A stretch of DNA of 64,000 nt from Candidatus Hydrogenedentota bacterium (GCA_963668025.2 CAXXTH010000017.1:992001-1056000); one strand, 5' to 3'. Counted from the first letter of the stretch, positions 48,058 through 61,419 are shown. Made by a program: numbers and translations. The notes: generated by a model not told the origin, from the sequence alone.

Positions 48058-51000
48058 TTGGCGAAGTATGTTGCAACGACAGGCGAGCGTTTCGACGCTT
48101 TGCAGATCCGGCTGGCTTCCCCCGAGGAGATCCTCAAGTGGTCTCGCGGCGAGGTCAAAAAGCCGGAGACGATCAATTACCGCACCTTCAAGCCGGAAAA
48201 GGATGGGCTCTTCTGTGAGCGCATTTTCGGCCCAGTGAAAGACTGGGAGTGCGGATGCGGCAAATATAAAAAGGTCAAACACCGGGGCATTACATGCGAC
48301 CGGTGCGGAGTCGAAATTACCGAATCTAAAGTGCGCCGCGAGCGCATGGGCTGCATTAAGCTGGCCGTGCCCGTGACCCATATTTGGTTCTTTAAGACGA
48401 CCCCGAGTTGTATCGGCAATCTGCTCGATTTGTCGATCCGTGTGCTCGAGCGCATCATTTACTTCGAGAACTATATCGTCATAGATCCTGGCGACACCAG
48501 CCTCGAAAAGATGCAGACGCTTACGGAAGACGAGTATCAAGACGCCCGCGAGGAATGGGGCGACCGCTTCGCGGCCAAGATGGGCGCGGAAGCCATCAAG
48601 ATGTTGCTGGATGAAATTGACATCGAGCAACTGAGTGAAGAGCTGCATGGCCAGATCACCATCACTTCTTCGCAGCAAGCCCGCACGAAGGCCATCAAAC
48701 GGCTGAAAGTCGTCGAGGCCTTGCGCAAATCAGGCAATCATCCCACGTGGATGGTCCTGGATGTAGTCCCCGTTATTCCGCCGGATCTGCGCCCGCTGGT
48801 GCCTCTCGAGGGCGGCCGATATGCGACGAGCGATCTGAACGATCTGTATCGCCGGGTGATCAACCGCAACAACCGCCTTAAACGGCTCATCGAACTGCGC
48901 GCGCCGGAAGTGATCCTGCGGAATGAAAAGCGCATGCTCCAAGAAGCCGTGGATGCCCTGTTCGATAACGGGCGGCATGGCCGCACCGTGCTGGGCGCGG
49001 GCAACCGGCCCCTTAAATCCTTGAGCGACATGCTGAAAGGCAAGCAAGGCCGCTTCCGCCAGAACTTGCTGGGCAAGCGCGTGGACTACTCGGGCCGCTC
49101 GGTTATCGTGGTGGGCCCCGAGTTGAAACTGCACCAGTGCGGTTTGCCGAAAAAGATGGCCCTCGAGCTTTTCGAGCCGTTCATCATTCGTGAGTTGAAA
49201 GAGCGGGGCATCGCCTCGACCATCAAGGCCGCCAAGCGATGTATCGCCCAAGGCCGCGAGGAAGTGTGGGATATCCTGGAAGAGGTGATTGCGGACCACC
49301 CCGTCTTGCTCAACCGCGCACCGACGCTCCACCGCTTGGGCATTCAGGCGTTCGAGCCGGTCCTGATTGAAGGCAAGGCCATTCGCATCCATCCGCTGGT
49401 GTGCGCCGCCTTCAACGCGGACTTTGACGGCGACCAAATGGCCGTGCATGTGCCCCTAATGCCTGCGGCGCAACTCGAAGCGCGCCTGCTGATGCTGTCG
49501 TCCACGAACGTGTTCTCGCCTTCAAACGGGCGGCCTATCGTGACGCCTTCGCAAGATATCGTGTTGGGCATTTCTTATATGACCAAGCACAGGCCAGGCG
49601 CAAAGGGCGAATGGAAGCCCGAATGGAGCGGTCCAAACGGCGTTATTCTCCAGCCGGGCCGCCTGTATCATGACCTGGCTTCGGTGATTCTCGCCCACGA
49701 AATGGGTGCGGTTGATCTACATGCCGCGATAAAAGTGCTATGCGGCGGCCAGCTTGTCGATACAACCGTTGGCCGTGTCTTGTTCTGTGAAGCCCTGTTG
49801 GATGAAGTGACGCTGCATGATGTGAATGCGGAGCAAGACAAAGGTTCCATCGGTGACATCATTGCGAACGCTTATGCGCGCAATGGCCACGCGAGGACCG
49901 TTAAGCTCCTCGATTTGCTGAAACGGGTCGGCTTCAAATACGCCACTTTGGCGGGCATCTCCGTTGGCATTTGCGATGTATTGGTGCCTGAAGAGAAGAA
50001 AGAGCTTATCCTGGCCGCGGAAAAAGAAGTGGCTCGGATCGACGATATGTATCAAAACGGGCTTATCACCGAAGGTGAGCGCTACAATAAAGTGATTGAC
50101 CAATGGACTTCCACGGCGGAAGCCGTTTCCACGGCCATGCTTAAACGTATGGCGGAGAATGAGCAGGGCTTTACCGGCATCTATTTAATGCTGTCCTCCG
50201 GCGCACGCGGTACGAAGCAGCAGGTGCGCCAGCTTGCGGCCATGAAAGGCCTCATGGCGAAGCCCTCGGGCGATATCATCGAATCGCCCATCACGTCCAA
50301 TTTCCGTGAAGGCCTGACCGTGCTCGAATACTTCATCTCGTCCCACGGCGCCCGTAAAGGCTTGGCCGATACGGCTCTTAAGACCGCTGACGCGGGGTAT
50401 TTGACCCGCCGCCTTGTGGATGTAGCTCAGGATGTGGTCATTCAAGAATTCGACTGCGGCACCCTCAATGGCATCTGGGTGGAAGCCCTCATGGACGGCA
50501 CCGACATGGTGTCCCCGCTCGAAGAGCGTATAGTCGGTCGGCATGCCTTGGATGATATCACGGTGCCGGGTGAGGCGGAGCCCATTGTGGCCGCTGGCGA
50601 AGTGATTACGGAAGAAAAGGCCAAACTTATTGTCAAAAAAGGACTTCCAACGGTCCGCATCCGCTCGGTGCTGACCTGCACCTCGAAGCGGGGCGTGTGC
50701 CAGCTTTGTTACGGCTCCAATCTGGCGACAGGCAACCTGGTGGAATTGGGTGAAGCGGTAGGCATTGTTGCCGCTCAATCCATCGGTGAGCCGGGCACCC
50801 AGCTTACCATGCGCACCTTCCATATCGGTGGCGCGGCAAGCCGCCAGGTCGAAGCCAGCGAAGTGCGCATGTCCGAGACCGGCTCCATCGAATACAACAA
50901 TGTCCGCACGGCCATGAACCGCGATGATAAACGCATTGTGGTGAATCGCGGCGGTGAAATCATCGTGCGCAATTCGGATGGCAAGGAAGTGCAGCGCTAC

Positions 51001-52191
51001 GCGGTTCCTTCTGGCGGTTTCTTACTGGCTGAAAACAATCAGAAGGTCAAGAAAGGCCAGACCATCTTTACGTGGGATCCGTATAACGTTTCGATTGTCG
51101 CCGAGGCTACGGGCTCTATTCGCCTCGAGGGCATGATTGAAGGCGTGACGATGCGCAAAGACATCAATCCGGATACCGGCCTCGAAGAGCGCGTAATCAC
51201 CGAGCATAAGCAAGACTTGCATCCGCAGATCACCATTCAAGGCGAAGGGAAGGAAGTGCTTTGTTTCGCGACCATTCCCGCTCAAACGCACGTGATGGTG
51301 ATGGATGGGCAGGATGTTCAAGCGGGCGATTTGCTGGCCAAGACCCCGCGCCAGTTTAGCAAAACCAAGGATATCACGGGCGGCTTGCCCCGCGTGGCCG
51401 AGTTGTTCGAGGCGCGCCAGCCTAAAGACCCGGCCATCATTAGCCATATTGACGGCATGGTCGAATTGGGCGGCGCGGCCAAGGGCATGCGCAAAGTCAA
51501 GGTCATTCCCCCGGTGGGTAAAGAGCGTGAATATACGATTCCGCCCGGCAAGCACCTCAACGTGCAGGCGGGCGATCGGGTGTACGCGGGACAGCGCCTG
51601 ACGGACGGCCCGGTGATTCCCCAGGACATTTTGGATGTCCAAGGCGAACACGCCTTGCGCAAATACTTGCTCGATGAAATCCAGCAAGTGTACCGCCTGC
51701 AAGGCGTTCGTACGAACGATAAGCATATCGAGGTGATTATCCGCCAGATGCTGCGTAAAGTGCGTATCAAAGACGATCCAGGCGATTCGCCGTTCTTGGC
51801 CCATGAAGAAGTGGACAAGATCCGCTTCCAGGAGACGAACGAACAGGTGCGCGCCAAAGGCGGGCGTCCCGCCGAGGCGGAGCCTATCCTGCAAGGCATC
51901 ACCAAGGCCGCCCTGAGCACGGAAAGCTTCGTAGCTGCAGCGTCCTTCCAGCAGACCACCCGCGTCCTTACAGAGGCGGCCCTGTCGGGCAAGCGCGATT
52001 TCCTGCGCGGCCTGAAAGAGAATGTGATTATCGGCCACTTGATCCCGGCTGGTACAGGAAGCCCGCATCATCAGAATACGACTTCGGTGCTGACGGAAGA
52101 CTTGCTGGCGGATTTCACCGAGCATCTCGAGGTCGGCCCCAGTTTGGAAGAACCGATGATGCTGGATGAGGAAGAAGACGCCACGGCATAG
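48058..52191 (+). CDS. rpoC: RNA polymerase beta' subunit
   Basis: [32 protein letters not shown] start after GGAGGG. Confidence 0.99.
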   Translation: MAKYVATTGERFDALQIRLASPEEILKWSRGEVKKPETINYRTFKPEKDGLFCERIFGPVKDWECGCGKYKKVKHRGITCDRCGVEITESKVRRERMGCIKLAVPVTHIWFFKTTPSCIGNLLDLSIRVLERIIYFENYIVIDPGDTSLEKMQTLTEDEYQDAREEWGDRFAAKMGAEAIKMLLDEIDIEQLSEELHGQITITSSQQARTKAIKRLKVVEALRKSGNHPTWMVLDVVPVIPPDLRPLVPLEGGRYATSDLNDLYRRVINRNNRLKRLIELRAPEVILRNEKRMLQEAVDALFDNGRHGRTVLGAGNRPLKSLSDMLKGKQGRFRQNLLGKRVDYSGRSVIVVGPELKLHQCGLPKKMALELFEPFIIRELKERGIASTIKAAKRCIAQGREEVWDILEEVIADHPVLLNRAPTLHRLGIQAFEPVLIEGKAIRIHPLVCAAFNADFDGDQMAVHVPLMPAAQLEARLLMLSSTNVFSPSNGRPIVTPSQDIVLGISYMTKHRPGAKGEWKPEWSGPNGVILQPGRLYHDLASVILAHEMGAVDLHAAIKVLCGGQLVDTTVGRVLFCEALLDEVTLHDVNAEQDKGSIGDIIANAYARNGHARTVKLLDLLKRVGFKYATLAGISVGICDVLVPEEKKELILAAEKEVARIDDMYQNGLITEGERYNKVIDQWTSTAEAVSTAMLKRMAENEQGFTGIYLMLSSGARGTKQQVRQLAAMKGLMAKPSGDIIESPITSNFREGLTVLEYFISSHGARKGLADTALKTADAGYLTRRLVDVAQDVVIQEFDCGTLNGIWVEALMDGTDMVSPLEERIVGRHALDDITVPGEAEPIVAAGEVITEEKAKLIVKKGLPTVRIRSVLTCTSKRGVCQLCYGSNLATGNLVELGEAVGIVAAQSIGEPGTQLTMRTFHIGGAASRQVEASEVRMSETGSIEYNNVRTAMNRDDKRIVVNRGGEIIVRNSDGKEVQRYAVPSGGFLLAENNQKVKKGQTIFTWDPYNVSIVAEATGSIRLEGMIEGVTMRKDINPDTGLEERVITEHKQDLHPQITIQGEGKEVLCFATIPAQTHVMVMDGQDVQAGDLLAKTPRQFSKTKDITGGLPRVAELFEARQPKDPAIISHIDGMVELGGAAKGMRKVKVIPPVGKEREYTIPPGKHLNVQAGDRVYAGQRLTDGPVIPQDILDVQGEHALRKYLLDEIQQVYRLQGVRTNDKHIEVIIRQMLRKVRIKDDPGDSPFLAHEEVDKIRFQETNEQVRAKGGRPAEAEPILQGITKAALSTESFVAAASFQQTTRVLTEAALSGKRDFLRGLKENVIIGHLIPAGTGSPHHQNTTSVLTEDLLADFTEHLEVGPSLEEPMMLDEEEDATA

Positions 52192-52254
52192 CGCCGTGGC
52201 GGCGGGACCCTCCGCTTCAAAAAAAGGGGAGTAGAAGTTTTTTTCACTTTTTGC

Positions 52255-52283
52255 TTGACATGACCGATTCTATGTGATAGATT
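52255..52283 (+). promoter_or_regulatory. Sigma-70 promoter for str operon
   Basis: TTGACA-17 bp-TAGATT with extended -10 TG. Confidence 0.75.
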
Positions 52284-52383
52284 AATCGGCCGCTGTCTAG
52301 AGGGGCATGGTGCGCTGGCAATTTTTGTCGGCCGCCGTTTCCGAGTAGAGATTGGCTCTATCTTGGCCAAAGGAGACTAGGTT

Positions 52384-52806
52384 TTGCCGACCATTAACCA
52401 ACTGGTTCGAAACTGCCGTAAGAAGGTAGAGACGAAGACGAAGTCGCCCGCATTGAAGCGTTGTCCGCAAGCTTCAGGCACATGCACCCGTGTGTACACG
52501 GTAACACCCAAAAAGCCGAACTCGGCTTTGCGCAAGGTGGCCCGTGTGCGCCTCAAGAACGGCATGGAAGTGACGGCGTATATTCCTGGCGTTGGGCACA
52601 ACCTGCAGGAGCACTCGCAGGTGATGATTCGCGGCGGCCGCGTTAAAGACTTGCCGGGCGTGCGCTATCACCTTATTCGCGGCGTGCTGGACGCCAATGG
52701 CGACTGCGGCGGTACAGCCAGTTTGAAAGATGACGGCGGCAAGAAAATTCATAAAGGCCGCTGGGTTAGCCGTTCCAAGTACGGCGTGAAACGGCCTAAG
52801 GGCTGA
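52384..52806 (+). CDS. rpsL: 30S ribosomal protein S12
   Basis: [24 protein letters not shown]. Confidence 0.99.
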   Translation: MPTINQLVRNCRKKVETKTKSPALKRCPQASGTCTRVYTVTPKKPNSALRKVARVRLKNGMEVTAYIPGVGHNLQEHSQVMIRGGRVKDLPGVRYHLIRGVLDANGDCGGTASLKDDGGKKIHKGRWVSRSKYGVKRPKG

Positions 52807-52827
52807 GGTAGGGAGGAATAGCACCCC

Positions 52828-53301
52828 ATGCCGAGAAGACGTGAAGTCCCGAAGCGGATACCGCTTCCGGACCCGAAATATAAAAACGTAATCCTTGCCA
52901 AATTTATCAACACCGTAATGGTGTCGGGCAAGAAAAGCGTTTCCGAAGCGATAGTGTATGGCGCGTTGGATGTGCTGAAGGCCAAAGGAGCCAAAGAAGA
53001 ACCCATCCGGGTATTCGAGACGGCTATCGATAACGCCAAGCCGATCCTGCAAGTGAAGTCCCGCCGAGTGGGCGGCGCCACTTATCAGGTTCCGGTTGAA
53101 ATCGCACCGAAGAACCAGCAAGCGCTGGCATTCCGCTGGATTATCGAGTTCTCCCGCAAGCGCGGTGAAAAAACGATGGCTGAACGCCTTGCCGCTGAAT
53201 TGCTGGATTGCTATAACAAGCAAGGCAATACCATCAAACGCCGGGAAGATACGCATCGCATGGCGGAAGCCAATAAGGCATTTGCCCACTTGCGTTTCTA
53301 G
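52828..53301 (+). CDS. rpsG: 30S ribosomal protein S7
   Basis: [24 protein letters not shown]. Confidence 0.99.
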   Translation: MPRRREVPKRIPLPDPKYKNVILAKFINTVMVSGKKSVSEAIVYGALDVLKAKGAKEEPIRVFETAIDNAKPILQVKSRRVGGATYQVPVEIAPKNQQALAFRWIIEFSRKRGEKTMAERLAAELLDCYNKQGNTIKRREDTHRMAEANKAFAHLRF

Positions 53302-53622
53302 CGGGAATCCGCTTCCGCCTTTTCGCGGAGAGCGTAGCATAGTTTGAATTTATGCCGCATGCGCTTCAGGGTGCTATCGGCTTATACCATGCAACGGGTG
53401 CCATGCGCCTAGAACAGTTGAATCTTAGCCAAACAAGGACGTTCGCCGGAAAAGTGCTTCGGATAGCCTCGGCGGGCCAACTTCAAGCGGATGGCGTTAA
53501 GAATCATGCAATTACAAGCAACAGAAAGCGAGAGCAGGCGCTTAGCCTGTGATAACACCCCGGTCTCTGGGTTTCCAGAGGCAGTGGTGTCGCTTTAAGT
53601 TGCTGGAAAGGTCTACGTTTCA

Positions 53623-55743
53623 GTGGCACGACAATATCCGCTTGAAAAAACCCGTAATATCGGGATTATGGCCCATATCGACGCCGGTAAAACGACGGTC
53701 ACCGAGCGCATGCTCTACTACTCCGGCCGCATCCACCGCGTGGGCGAAGTCCACGACGGGACAGCGACCACGGACTATATGGTCCAAGAGCGCGAGCGCG
53801 GCATCACCATCACCTCAGCGGCGACCGCATGCATGTGGAAAGACTATCGGATTAACATTATCGATACGCCTGGCCACGTGGACTTCACCGCAGAGGTTGA
53901 ACGCTCGCTCCGGGTGCTGGATGGCGCTGTTGCGGTTTTTTGCGCAGTCGCGGGAGTGCAGCCTCAATCGGAAACCGTCTGGCACCAAGCCCAGCGATAC
54001 CGGGTGCCATGCATCGCGTTCATCAACAAGATGGACCGGGTCGGAGCGGATTTTCACCGCGCCGTGCGCACCATGCGGGAGCGTTTAGGCGCTCATCCGG
54101 TGCCGGTGCATTTGCCGATTGGAGCGGAAGATACGTTCGAGGGTGTGGTGGATTTGATCCGAATGCGCGCCCTTACCTGGGACGGAGAAGGCATTGACGC
54201 CAAAATACTCGAGTCCGAGGTGCCGGAAAATCTTCGCGAAGAGGCGGAAATCGCCAGGCATGACTTGATCGAGGCCGCGGCTGAGTTTGATGAGGTTGTC
54301 ATGGGGAAATATATCCATGAAGAGCCTATATCGGAAGAAGAACTCATGACGGCGTTGCGAAAAGGCACCATGGCTTCGCTGGATCCCGATAACACCCATA
54401 AGCCTATTTGCCCGGTAGTATGCGGTACGGCATTGCGGAATAAGGGCACCCGGCTGGTGCTGGATGCGGTCATTGATTACCTCCCGTCTCCGCTCGATGT
54501 GGGTGCGGTGACCGGAACGGACCCGGATAATGACGAGGTGTCGATAACACGCGAACCTGCGGATGATGCGCCTTTTTCGGCATTGGCATTCAAGATTTTA
54601 ACCGATCCCCATGTGGGAAGGCTGACGTTTATTCGAGTGTACTCGGGCACGGTGAAAGCCGGTGATATGGTGCTCAACATTCGAACAGGCCGAAAAGAAC
54701 GGCTTGGACGCCTCCTCGAGATGCATGCCGATGAACGCATTGACTTGGAAGAGTTGCGCGCCGGAGATATTGGCGCGGTGATCGGGGCCAAGAATACGAC
54801 GACCGGGGATACGCTGTGCGACCCGAAACATGAATTGGCCCTTATGCCGCTGACCTTCCCAGAGCCGGTGGTGCATGTGGCCATCGAGCCTAAGACGAAG
54901 GCGGACCAAGACCGGCTGTCGGACGCGCTGAACAAATTGAGCGACGAAGACCCGACGTTCCAGGTCCGAAGCGATGAAGAGACTGGGCAGACGATTATTG
55001 CCGGCATGGGTGAGCTTCACCTCGAGATCATCATTGACCGGATGTTTAGGGAATTTAACGTGGGCGCCAACGTGGGCAAACCCATGGTGGCGTATCGCGA
55101 AAGCATACGTAAGCGGGCGGAATCAGAAATCCGCTTTATACGGCAGACAGGCGGCCGTGGGCAGTATGGCCATGTGGTGGTCGCTGTCGAGCCTGGGGAG
55201 CCTAACTCCCACTTTACATTTGAAAATGCGACCGTCGGGGGCGTTGTTCCGAAAGAATACATCCCGGCCGTGGAGAAAGGGGCCAAGCAGGCCCTCGAAA
55301 GTGGAATCGTGGCGGGATATCCCATGGTGGATGTCAAAGTCACCCTCCTTTTCGGGTCTTATCACGAGGTGGATTCCTCGGAGATGGCCTTTATGACGGC
55401 GGCCTCGATGGCGGTCCGGGACGCGGCGCCAAAGGCGCAGCCGGTGCTCATTGAACCGGTGATGCGAATCGAGATTGTTTGCCCAGACGAGTATACGGGC
55501 GAAGTGATCAGCGATTTAAATGGCCGCCGCGGTCGGCTGGAGGGAATGGACCTTCAGGATAATATACGCAAAGTACATGGGTTTGTGCCGCTCGCGGAAA
55601 TGTTTGGGTATGCGAATGACATTCGTTCGCGGACCCAAGGCCGGGCGTCCCATAGCATGGATTTTGAACGGTACGAGGAAGTGCCTGCGGGCATTGCAAA
55701 CGAGATTATGGAACGGACAGGTAGTTCATTCCGGTTTAGATAA
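53623..55743 (+). CDS. fusA: Elongation factor G
   Basis: [27 protein letters not shown]. Confidence 0.99.
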   Translation: MARQYPLEKTRNIGIMAHIDAGKTTVTERMLYYSGRIHRVGEVHDGTATTDYMVQERERGITITSAATACMWKDYRINIIDTPGHVDFTAEVERSLRVLDGAVAVFCAVAGVQPQSETVWHQAQRYRVPCIAFINKMDRVGADFHRAVRTMRERLGAHPVPVHLPIGAEDTFEGVVDLIRMRALTWDGEGIDAKILESEVPENLREEAEIARHDLIEAAAEFDEVVMGKYIHEEPISEEELMTALRKGTMASLDPDNTHKPICPVVCGTALRNKGTRLVLDAVIDYLPSPLDVGAVTGTDPDNDEVSITREPADDAPFSALAFKILTDPHVGRLTFIRVYSGTVKAGDMVLNIRTGRKERLGRLLEMHADERIDLEELRAGDIGAVIGAKNTTTGDTLCDPKHELALMPLTFPEPVVHVAIEPKTKADQDRLSDALNKLSDEDPTFQVRSDEETGQTIIAGMGELHLEIIIDRMFREFNVGANVGKPMVAYRESIRKRAESEIRFIRQTGGRGQYGHVVVAVEPGEPNSHFTFENATVGGVVPKEYIPAVEKGAKQALESGIVAGYPMVDVKVTLLFGSYHEVDSSEMAFMTAASMAVRDAAPKAQPVLIEPVMRIEIVCPDEYTGEVISDLNGRRGRLEGMDLQDNIRKVHGFVPLAEMFGYANDIRSRTQGRASHSMDFERYEEVPAGIANEIMERTGSSFRFR

Positions 55744-55841
55744 GATTAAGCCCTATTGGGGCGGTAGGTTAAACCGCCTACGAATGATAACGTATTCGGG
55801 AAAGCCAGTCCCATTACGTGACGCGTTGAAGGAGATGCATC

Positions 55842-57035
55842 ATGGCCAAGGAGAAATTTGCGCGGACCAAGCCGCACGTGAACATCGGCACGATTGGGCA
55901 CGTCGACCATGGTAAGACGACGCTGACCAGCGGCATCACAAGGGTGCTGGCTGAGCAGGGTCATGCGAAGCTGATGGCGTTCGACCAGATCGACAAGGCT
56001 CCCGAAGAGAAAGAGCGCGGGATCACCATCTCCATCGCCCACGTCGAGTACGAGACCGATAAGCGCCACTATGCGCACGTGGACTGCCCCGGCCACGCGG
56101 ACTACATCAAGAACATGATCACCGGCGCGGCGCAAATGGACGGCGCGATCCTGGTGGTGGCGGCGGACGACGGCCCCATGGCCCAGACGCGCGAGCACAT
56201 CCTCTTGGCCCGCCAAGTGAACGTCCCAGCCATTGTGGTGTTTCTGAATAAAGTGGACATGGTGGACGACCCCGAGCTGCTCGACCTCGTGGAACTCGAG
56301 CTGCGCGAGCTGCTGACCAAATACAATTTCCCGGGAGATGATATCCCCATTATCCGCGGTTCAGCGCTGGCGGCGATGGAAGGCAACAACGAAGAGCTGG
56401 GCAAGAAAGCCATCATGCAGTTGATGGACGCGGTGGACAATTTTATCCCCACGCCCGAGCGCGCGCTCGATAAGCCATTCCTGATGCCGATGGAAGACGT
56501 GTTCACGATCACGGGCCGTGGTACGGTGGTGACGGGCCGCATCGAGCAAGGCATCGTCCATGTGCAAGACAAGGTCGAGCTAGTGGGCATCAAGCCTGAG
56601 ACGCAGAACTCGGTGGTGACGGGTGTGGAAATGTTCCGCAAGCTGCTGGACGAAGGGCAGGCGGGCGATAACGTGGGCTTGTTGCTTCGAGGCATCGACC
56701 GCACGAACGTCGAGCGCGGCATGGTGGTGGCCAAGCCGGGCAGCATCACCCCGCACACGAAATTCGAAGGCAACGTCTACGTATTGAAGAAAGAAGAAGG
56801 CGGCCGCCATACGCCGTTCTTTAATGGATACCGCCCGCAGTTTTACTTCCGCACGACGGACGTGACCGGGGCGTTGGACATGCCGGAAGGCGTGGAAATG
56901 GTGATGCCGGGCGACAGCGTGACGATTACGGCGGAATTGATTATGCCCATCGCCATGGATGAAGGCTTACGCTTCGCCATCCGCGAAGGCGGCCGTACGG
57001 TCGGCGCGGGCGTGGTCACGAAGATTTTGAAATAA
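55842..57035 (+). CDS. tuf: Elongation factor Tu
   Basis: [29 protein letters not shown]. Confidence 0.99.
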   Translation: MAKEKFARTKPHVNIGTIGHVDHGKTTLTSGITRVLAEQGHAKLMAFDQIDKAPEEKERGITISIAHVEYETDKRHYAHVDCPGHADYIKNMITGAAQMDGAILVVAADDGPMAQTREHILLARQVNVPAIVVFLNKVDMVDDPELLDLVELELRELLTKYNFPGDDIPIIRGSALAAMEGNNEELGKKAIMQLMDAVDNFIPTPERALDKPFLMPMEDVFTITGRGTVVTGRIEQGIVHVQDKVELVGIKPETQNSVVTGVEMFRKLLDEGQAGDNVGLLLRGIDRTNVERGMVVAKPGSITPHTKFEGNVYVLKKEEGGRHTPFFNGYRPQFYFRTTDVTGALDMPEGVEMVMPGDSVTITAELIMPIAMDEGLRFAIREGGRTVGAGVVTKILK

Positions 57036-57059
57036 CGAAGCAGGAGACCGGAAAAGGCC

Positions 57060-57371
57060 ATGGCTGGAACGCAAAAAATACGGATTAAGTTGAGGGCGTA
57101 CGATCACCGCTTGCTTGATGCCTCTACGCAAGAAATCGTGTCGGCAGCGCAGCGAACAGGGGCGGGAATCAATGGCCCCATTCCATTGCCGACGGCCATC
57201 ACCAAGTATACTGTGAATCGGTCCCCGCATGTGGACAAGAAATCGCGCGAGCAATTTGAAATGCGTACGCATAAGCGGCTTCTAGATATCGTGAATCCTA
57301 CGGCGCAGACGGTAGATGCGCTCATGCGCTTGGATCTGCCTGCAGGCGTGGATGTAGAGATTAAACAATAG
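57060..57371 (+). CDS. rpsJ: 30S ribosomal protein S10
   Basis: [23 protein letters not shown]. Confidence 0.99.
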   Translation: MAGTQKIRIKLRAYDHRLLDASTQEIVSAAQRTGAGINGPIPLPTAITKYTVNRSPHVDKKSREQFEMRTHKRLLDIVNPTAQTVDALMRLDLPAGVDVEIKQ

Positions 57372-57518
57372 CCCGAGAGGGAGACGGTGTTCCGGCGCAA
57401 TAGTGCTGGAGCCATCGCGGTATCGCACAGCGGGGTGAGGCCGAAAGAAAGGCCGAACCAGGGATGAGAGCGCCCCTCTTCAAGGTGGCGCAAGATACTG
57501 ACGAGGACATACACAACG

Positions 57519-58154
57519 ATGCTCACAGAATTGATGGGCAAGAAGCTGGGCATGACCCGCATCTTTGCCGACGATGGACAATGGATACCGGTAACGGTGC
57601 TCGAAGCGGGGCCGTGTACAGTCATCCAGTGCAAGACCCAGATGAGTGATGGCTATGAGGCCGTGCAACTGGGCTTTGGCGATATTAAAGAAAAGCACTG
57701 CAAAAAACCGCTTCTCGGCCATTTCGCCAAATCGGGAGTGGCCCCAAAACGCAACCTGCGCGAAGTTCGCGTGGACGCTTCGGCTGAATGGAAAGCCGGT
57801 GATGAAGTCCGCGCGGATATCTTCCAGGCTGGTGACCTTATTGATGTCATCGGCACTTCAAAAGGCAAGGGGTTCCAAGGCGTGCAAAAACGCCATGGGT
57901 TCAAAGGCGGCCCCGGAACGCACGGCTCAAACTTCCATCGCCGTCCTGGCTCGATTGGACAGAGCGCCGATCCTGCGGAAGTATATAAAGGCGTTGGACT
58001 TCCGGGACAAATGGGCAACGTGCGCGTCACGGCCAAAAACCTCCAAGTGGTGACGGTAGACACCGGCAAAAACTTGGTGCTGGTCCGTGGTACGGTGCCT
58101 GGTGCAAACGGCGGCTTGGTCGTGTTGCGCAAACGCGTGAAAGGAGCCAAGTAA
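57519..58154 (+). CDS. rplC: 50S ribosomal protein L3
   Basis: GKKLGMT, SKGKGFQG, PGQMG. Confidence 0.99.
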   Translation: MLTELMGKKLGMTRIFADDGQWIPVTVLEAGPCTVIQCKTQMSDGYEAVQLGFGDIKEKHCKKPLLGHFAKSGVAPKRNLREVRVDASAEWKAGDEVRADIFQAGDLIDVIGTSKGKGFQGVQKRHGFKGGPGTHGSNFHRRPGSIGQSADPAEVYKGVGLPGQMGNVRVTAKNLQVVTVDTGKNLVLVRGTVPGANGGLVVLRKRVKGAK

Positions 58155-58156
58155 CC

Positions 58157-58813
58157 ATGGCATCGGCTATTATTTATAAGATGGATGGCACGGAAGCGGG
58201 CTCCACGGAATTGGATTCTCGCATCTTCGAAACCCCTGCAAATACCGTAGTGGTGCATGATGTGGCGGTGGCGCTTCGCAACGCGCAACGCCAGGGAAAT
58301 CATGAGACGAAGACACGCGCCCATGTCAGCGGCGGCGGCATTAAGCCTTACCGCCAAAAGGGCACGGGCAACGCCCGCCATGGCAGTACGCGCGAACCTC
58401 AAATGAAGGGCGGCGGCTCGGTGTGGGGTCCGCACAAACGCAGCTATCGCCAGAACGTCTCCATTCAGCTTCGCCGCCAAGCCTTGTGCGTCGTGCTCAG
58501 TGAACGGGTGCGAAAAGGCGTATTACGAATTCTCGATAACCTGGCGTTTGAAGCCCCCAAGACAAAAGATTTTGCCGCAATGGCCACTCGCCTGGCACCA
58601 GGGAAAGGCAAGACGCTCTTTATAATGGCGGAAGTGGATACGACGGTGCTGATGTCCGCACGGAATCTGCCCCGAGTGAACGTATGCACGGCAATGGATT
58701 TGAATGTGTTGGATGTGCTCGATGCGGGTCAAGTGGTGATCGTTCAAGACGCCTTATCGACACTAGGCGAGCGCCTGGCGAATATGAAGATCGGTAAGGA
58801 GCGCGAGCAATGA
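58157..58813 (+). CDS. rplD: 50S ribosomal protein L4
   Basis: KPYRQKGTGNARHGS. Confidence 0.98.
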   Translation: MASAIIYKMDGTEAGSTELDSRIFETPANTVVVHDVAVALRNAQRQGNHETKTRAHVSGGGIKPYRQKGTGNARHGSTREPQMKGGGSVWGPHKRSYRQNVSIQLRRQALCVVLSERVRKGVLRILDNLAFEAPKTKDFAAMATRLAPGKGKTLFIMAEVDTTVLMSARNLPRVNVCTAMDLNVLDVLDAGQVVIVQDALSTLGERLANMKIGKEREQ

Positions 58814-59094
58814 AATCCGACATCAATTACATTATAAAAGCCCCGATGCTGACGGAAGAATCGACTATACAGACCGAATCGAAGAATCAGTATGTGTTTC
58901 GGGTCGATCCCAAAGCGAATAAACATCAGATCCGGGATGCAGTGGAAAAGATTTGGTCTGTGAAAGTAATGTCTGTGAATACGATGAACTACCAGGGCAA
59001 AAAACGACGCAGGGGCCGCATCGAAGGCCGCAAGCCGGATTGGAAGAAGGCCGTGGTAACGTTGCGCAAGGGCGATTCGATCGAGCTGCTGTAA
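58810..59094 (+). CDS. rplW: 50S ribosomal protein L23
   Basis: ANKHQIRDAVE, WKKAVVTL. Confidence 0.98.
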   Translation: MKSDINYIIKAPMLTEESTIQTESKNQYVFRVDPKANKHQIRDAVEKIWSVKVMSVNTMNYQGKKRRRGRIEGRKPDWKKAVVTLRKGDSIELL

Positions 59095-59129
59095 GAGTTG
59101 ATCGGGCTTATCCGTTGGAGTGTTAAGGA

Positions 59130-59957
59130 ATGGGTGTGAAAAGATTCAATCCGGTGACCCCCTCTCGCCGGAATATGACGGTCTCGGACTTTGCCGAAGT
59201 GACCAAGAGCACACCGGAGAAGTCGCTGCTGAGGCCAAGAATGCAGAAGGCCGGCCGCAACAATCTGGGGCGTATCACCATGCGGCGGCGGGGTGGCGGC
59301 CATAAGCGTCGCTATCGGGATATAGATTTCCGGCGTGAAAAACAAGGCGTGCCCTGCAAAGTGGTTTCCGTTGAGTATGATCCGAATCGTTCGGCGCGTA
59401 TCGCCTTGGTTGCATATGCGGATGGTGAAAAGCGCTATATCGTGGCCCCGAAGGGCATCGAAGTAGGCGCCACGCTGCAAAGCGGACCGAAAGCGGAATA
59501 TCAGTTAGGAAACACGTTGCCATTATCGAGTATCCCTCTGGGCTCGATGGTGCATAATGTGGAGCTTACCCCGGGAAAAGGGGCGCAAATGGCCCGTTCC
59601 GCAGGGGCCGGGTGCCAGTTGCTGGCGAAAGAAGGACGGTTTGCCGCGTTGCGGCTTCCCTCGGGGGAGATGCGGCGGGTGTTCATCGAGTGCCAAGCGA
59701 CCGTAGGCCAGGTAGGAAATGAAGAGCATTCCAATTTAGACAAAGGTAAAGCGGGTCGTAACCGCTGGTTAGGACATAGGCCTAAAGTGCGCGGCGTAGC
59801 CATGAATCCGGTGGATCATCCACACGGAGGCGGTGAAGGGCGCACCTCGGGCGGACGGCATCCGGTGTCTCCGTGGGGCGTGCCCACGAAAGGGTACAAG
59901 ACCCGTTCCAAGAAGAAGAGTTCAAATCAGTTCATAATCAGGCGCCGCAAGGTCTAA
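59130..59957 (+). CDS. rplB: 50S ribosomal protein L2
   Basis: [25 protein letters not shown]. Confidence 0.99.
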   Translation: MGVKRFNPVTPSRRNMTVSDFAEVTKSTPEKSLLRPRMQKAGRNNLGRITMRRRGGGHKRRYRDIDFRREKQGVPCKVVSVEYDPNRSARIALVAYADGEKRYIVAPKGIEVGATLQSGPKAEYQLGNTLPLSSIPLGSMVHNVELTPGKGAQMARSAGAGCQLLAKEGRFAALRLPSGEMRRVFIECQATVGQVGNEEHSNLDKGKAGRNRWLGHRPKVRGVAMNPVDHPHGGGEGRTSGGRHPVSPWGVPTKGYKTRSKKKSSNQFIIRRRKV

Positions 59958-59982
59958 AGCGTCGAAGCAGGAGATAGATGCT

Positions 59983-60258
59983 GTGGCTCGTTCAGTAAAG
60001 AAAGGCCCGTTTATTGATGTGCACCTGATTGAGAAGGTGCAGAAGGCGCAAGTGGCGGGGGATCGCAAAGTGATCCGTACGTGGTCGCGCCGTTCCACGG
60101 TAGTGCCCGATATGATTGGGCTGACTGTGGCGGTACATAATGGGGCAAAGTTTATCCCGGTGTTTGTCACGGAGAACATGGTAGGGCACAAGTTAGGAGA
60201 ATTTTCTCCGACGCGCACTTTCCGTGGACACTCGGGCACGAAATCGGACAAGAAATAG
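59983..60258 (+). CDS. rpsS: 30S ribosomal protein S19
   Basis: [15 protein letters not shown]. Confidence 0.99.
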   Translation: MARSVKKGPFIDVHLIEKVQKAQVAGDRKVIRTWSRRSTVVPDMIGLTVAVHNGAKFIPVFVTENMVGHKLGEFSPTRTFRGHSGTKSDKK

Positions 60259-60309
60259 ACTAGACGGCAACCGTGGATGCATGGACTGTCCACGAAGGAG
60301 ATAAAGGTC

Positions 60310-60657
60310 ATGGCGAATGCCGTTGCGAAAGCGAAATACCTGCGAATTGCGCCGCGCAAGATGCGTTTGGTGGCGGATTTGGTGCGGGGCCGCAAGGTGG
60401 TGGAAGCCAAGGAGATACTGAACTTCACCCCGCGCGGCGGAGCGCCGTTGCTGAAGAAGGTATTGGATTCGGCGGTGGCGAACGCGGAGAGTAAAGCTGC
60501 GGAGACCCGCAAACGGATCGATACGGACGGCATGGTGGTTCGTGAGGTGCATATCGATGGTGGATTCACGATAAAGAGGATGCAGCCGGGCCCTCGAGGC
60601 CGGCGCTGCATGATTCGCAAGCGCACGAGTCATGTCATGTTGATTATCTCGGATTAA
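60310..60657 (+). CDS. rplV: 50S ribosomal protein L22
   Basis: RIAPRKMRLVAD, SAVANAE, KRTSH. Confidence 0.98.
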   Translation: MANAVAKAKYLRIAPRKMRLVADLVRGRKVVEAKEILNFTPRGGAPLLKKVLDSAVANAESKAAETRKRIDTDGMVVREVHIDGGFTIKRMQPGPRGRRCMIRKRTSHVMLIISD

Positions 60658-60714
60658 GGGACGTGGGTCTGGAGGACAGGCTTTAACAAGCTGGTTCCGG
60701 TTAAGGAGAGCGTT

Positions 60715-61419
60715 GTGGGTCAAAAAGTTCATCCCTTAGGCTATCGCCTGGGCGTGATTCGGACGTGGAGTTCGATATGGTATGCTGGGCGTGAATACGC
60801 GAATTTGCTTCATGAAGATTTGAAGCTGCGGGAGTATGTGAAAAAGCGCCTGTTTAACACAGGTGTGGCCAAAGTGGACATCGAACGCGCGGGCCACAAG
60901 GCGAAAGTGCATATTTACACCGCACGTCCCGGTTTGGTGATTGGCCAGCGGGGCGCGGAAGTGGATAAGCTGCGGTATGAACTCGAGCGGCTTACCGGGC
61001 GCGAACTCCTGATTAATATTCATGAAGTGTTAAGCCCGGAGTTGTGTTCGCAGCTTGTCGCGGAGTCGATTGCCGCACAAGTGCAACGCCGCGCTTCCTT
61101 CCGCCGTGCAATGAAAAAATCGGTGCAAAGCACGATGCGCTTAGGCGCAAAGGGCATTCGCGTCCGCATTGCGGGTCGGTTGAACGGTGCTGAAATTGCC
61201 CGCCAGGAGCAAGCGCGCGAAGGCAGCGTGCCGCTTCACACCTTGCGAGCCAATGTTGATTATGGATTTGCCATTGCGTATATGACCTACGGAACCATCG
61301 GCGTCAAGGTATGGATTTATCACGACGACGTGGAGCCTGGCCAAATGGTGACAGGGCCCACGGAAGCGCGCACGACGGCGGGCGGACGCCGCTCCCGCCC
61401 TGCTGGCGGCCGAAGCTAA
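60715..61419 (+). CDS. rpsC: 30S ribosomal protein S3
   Basis: [24 protein letters not shown]. Confidence 0.99.
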   Translation: MGQKVHPLGYRLGVIRTWSSIWYAGREYANLLHEDLKLREYVKKRLFNTGVAKVDIERAGHKAKVHIYTARPGLVIGQRGAEVDKLRYELERLTGRELLINIHEVLSPELCSQLVAESIAAQVQRRASFRRAMKKSVQSTMRLGAKGIRVRIAGRLNGAEIARQEQAREGSVPLHTLRANVDYGFAIAYMTYGTIGVKVWIYHDDVEPGQMVTGPTEARTTAGGRRSRPAGGRS

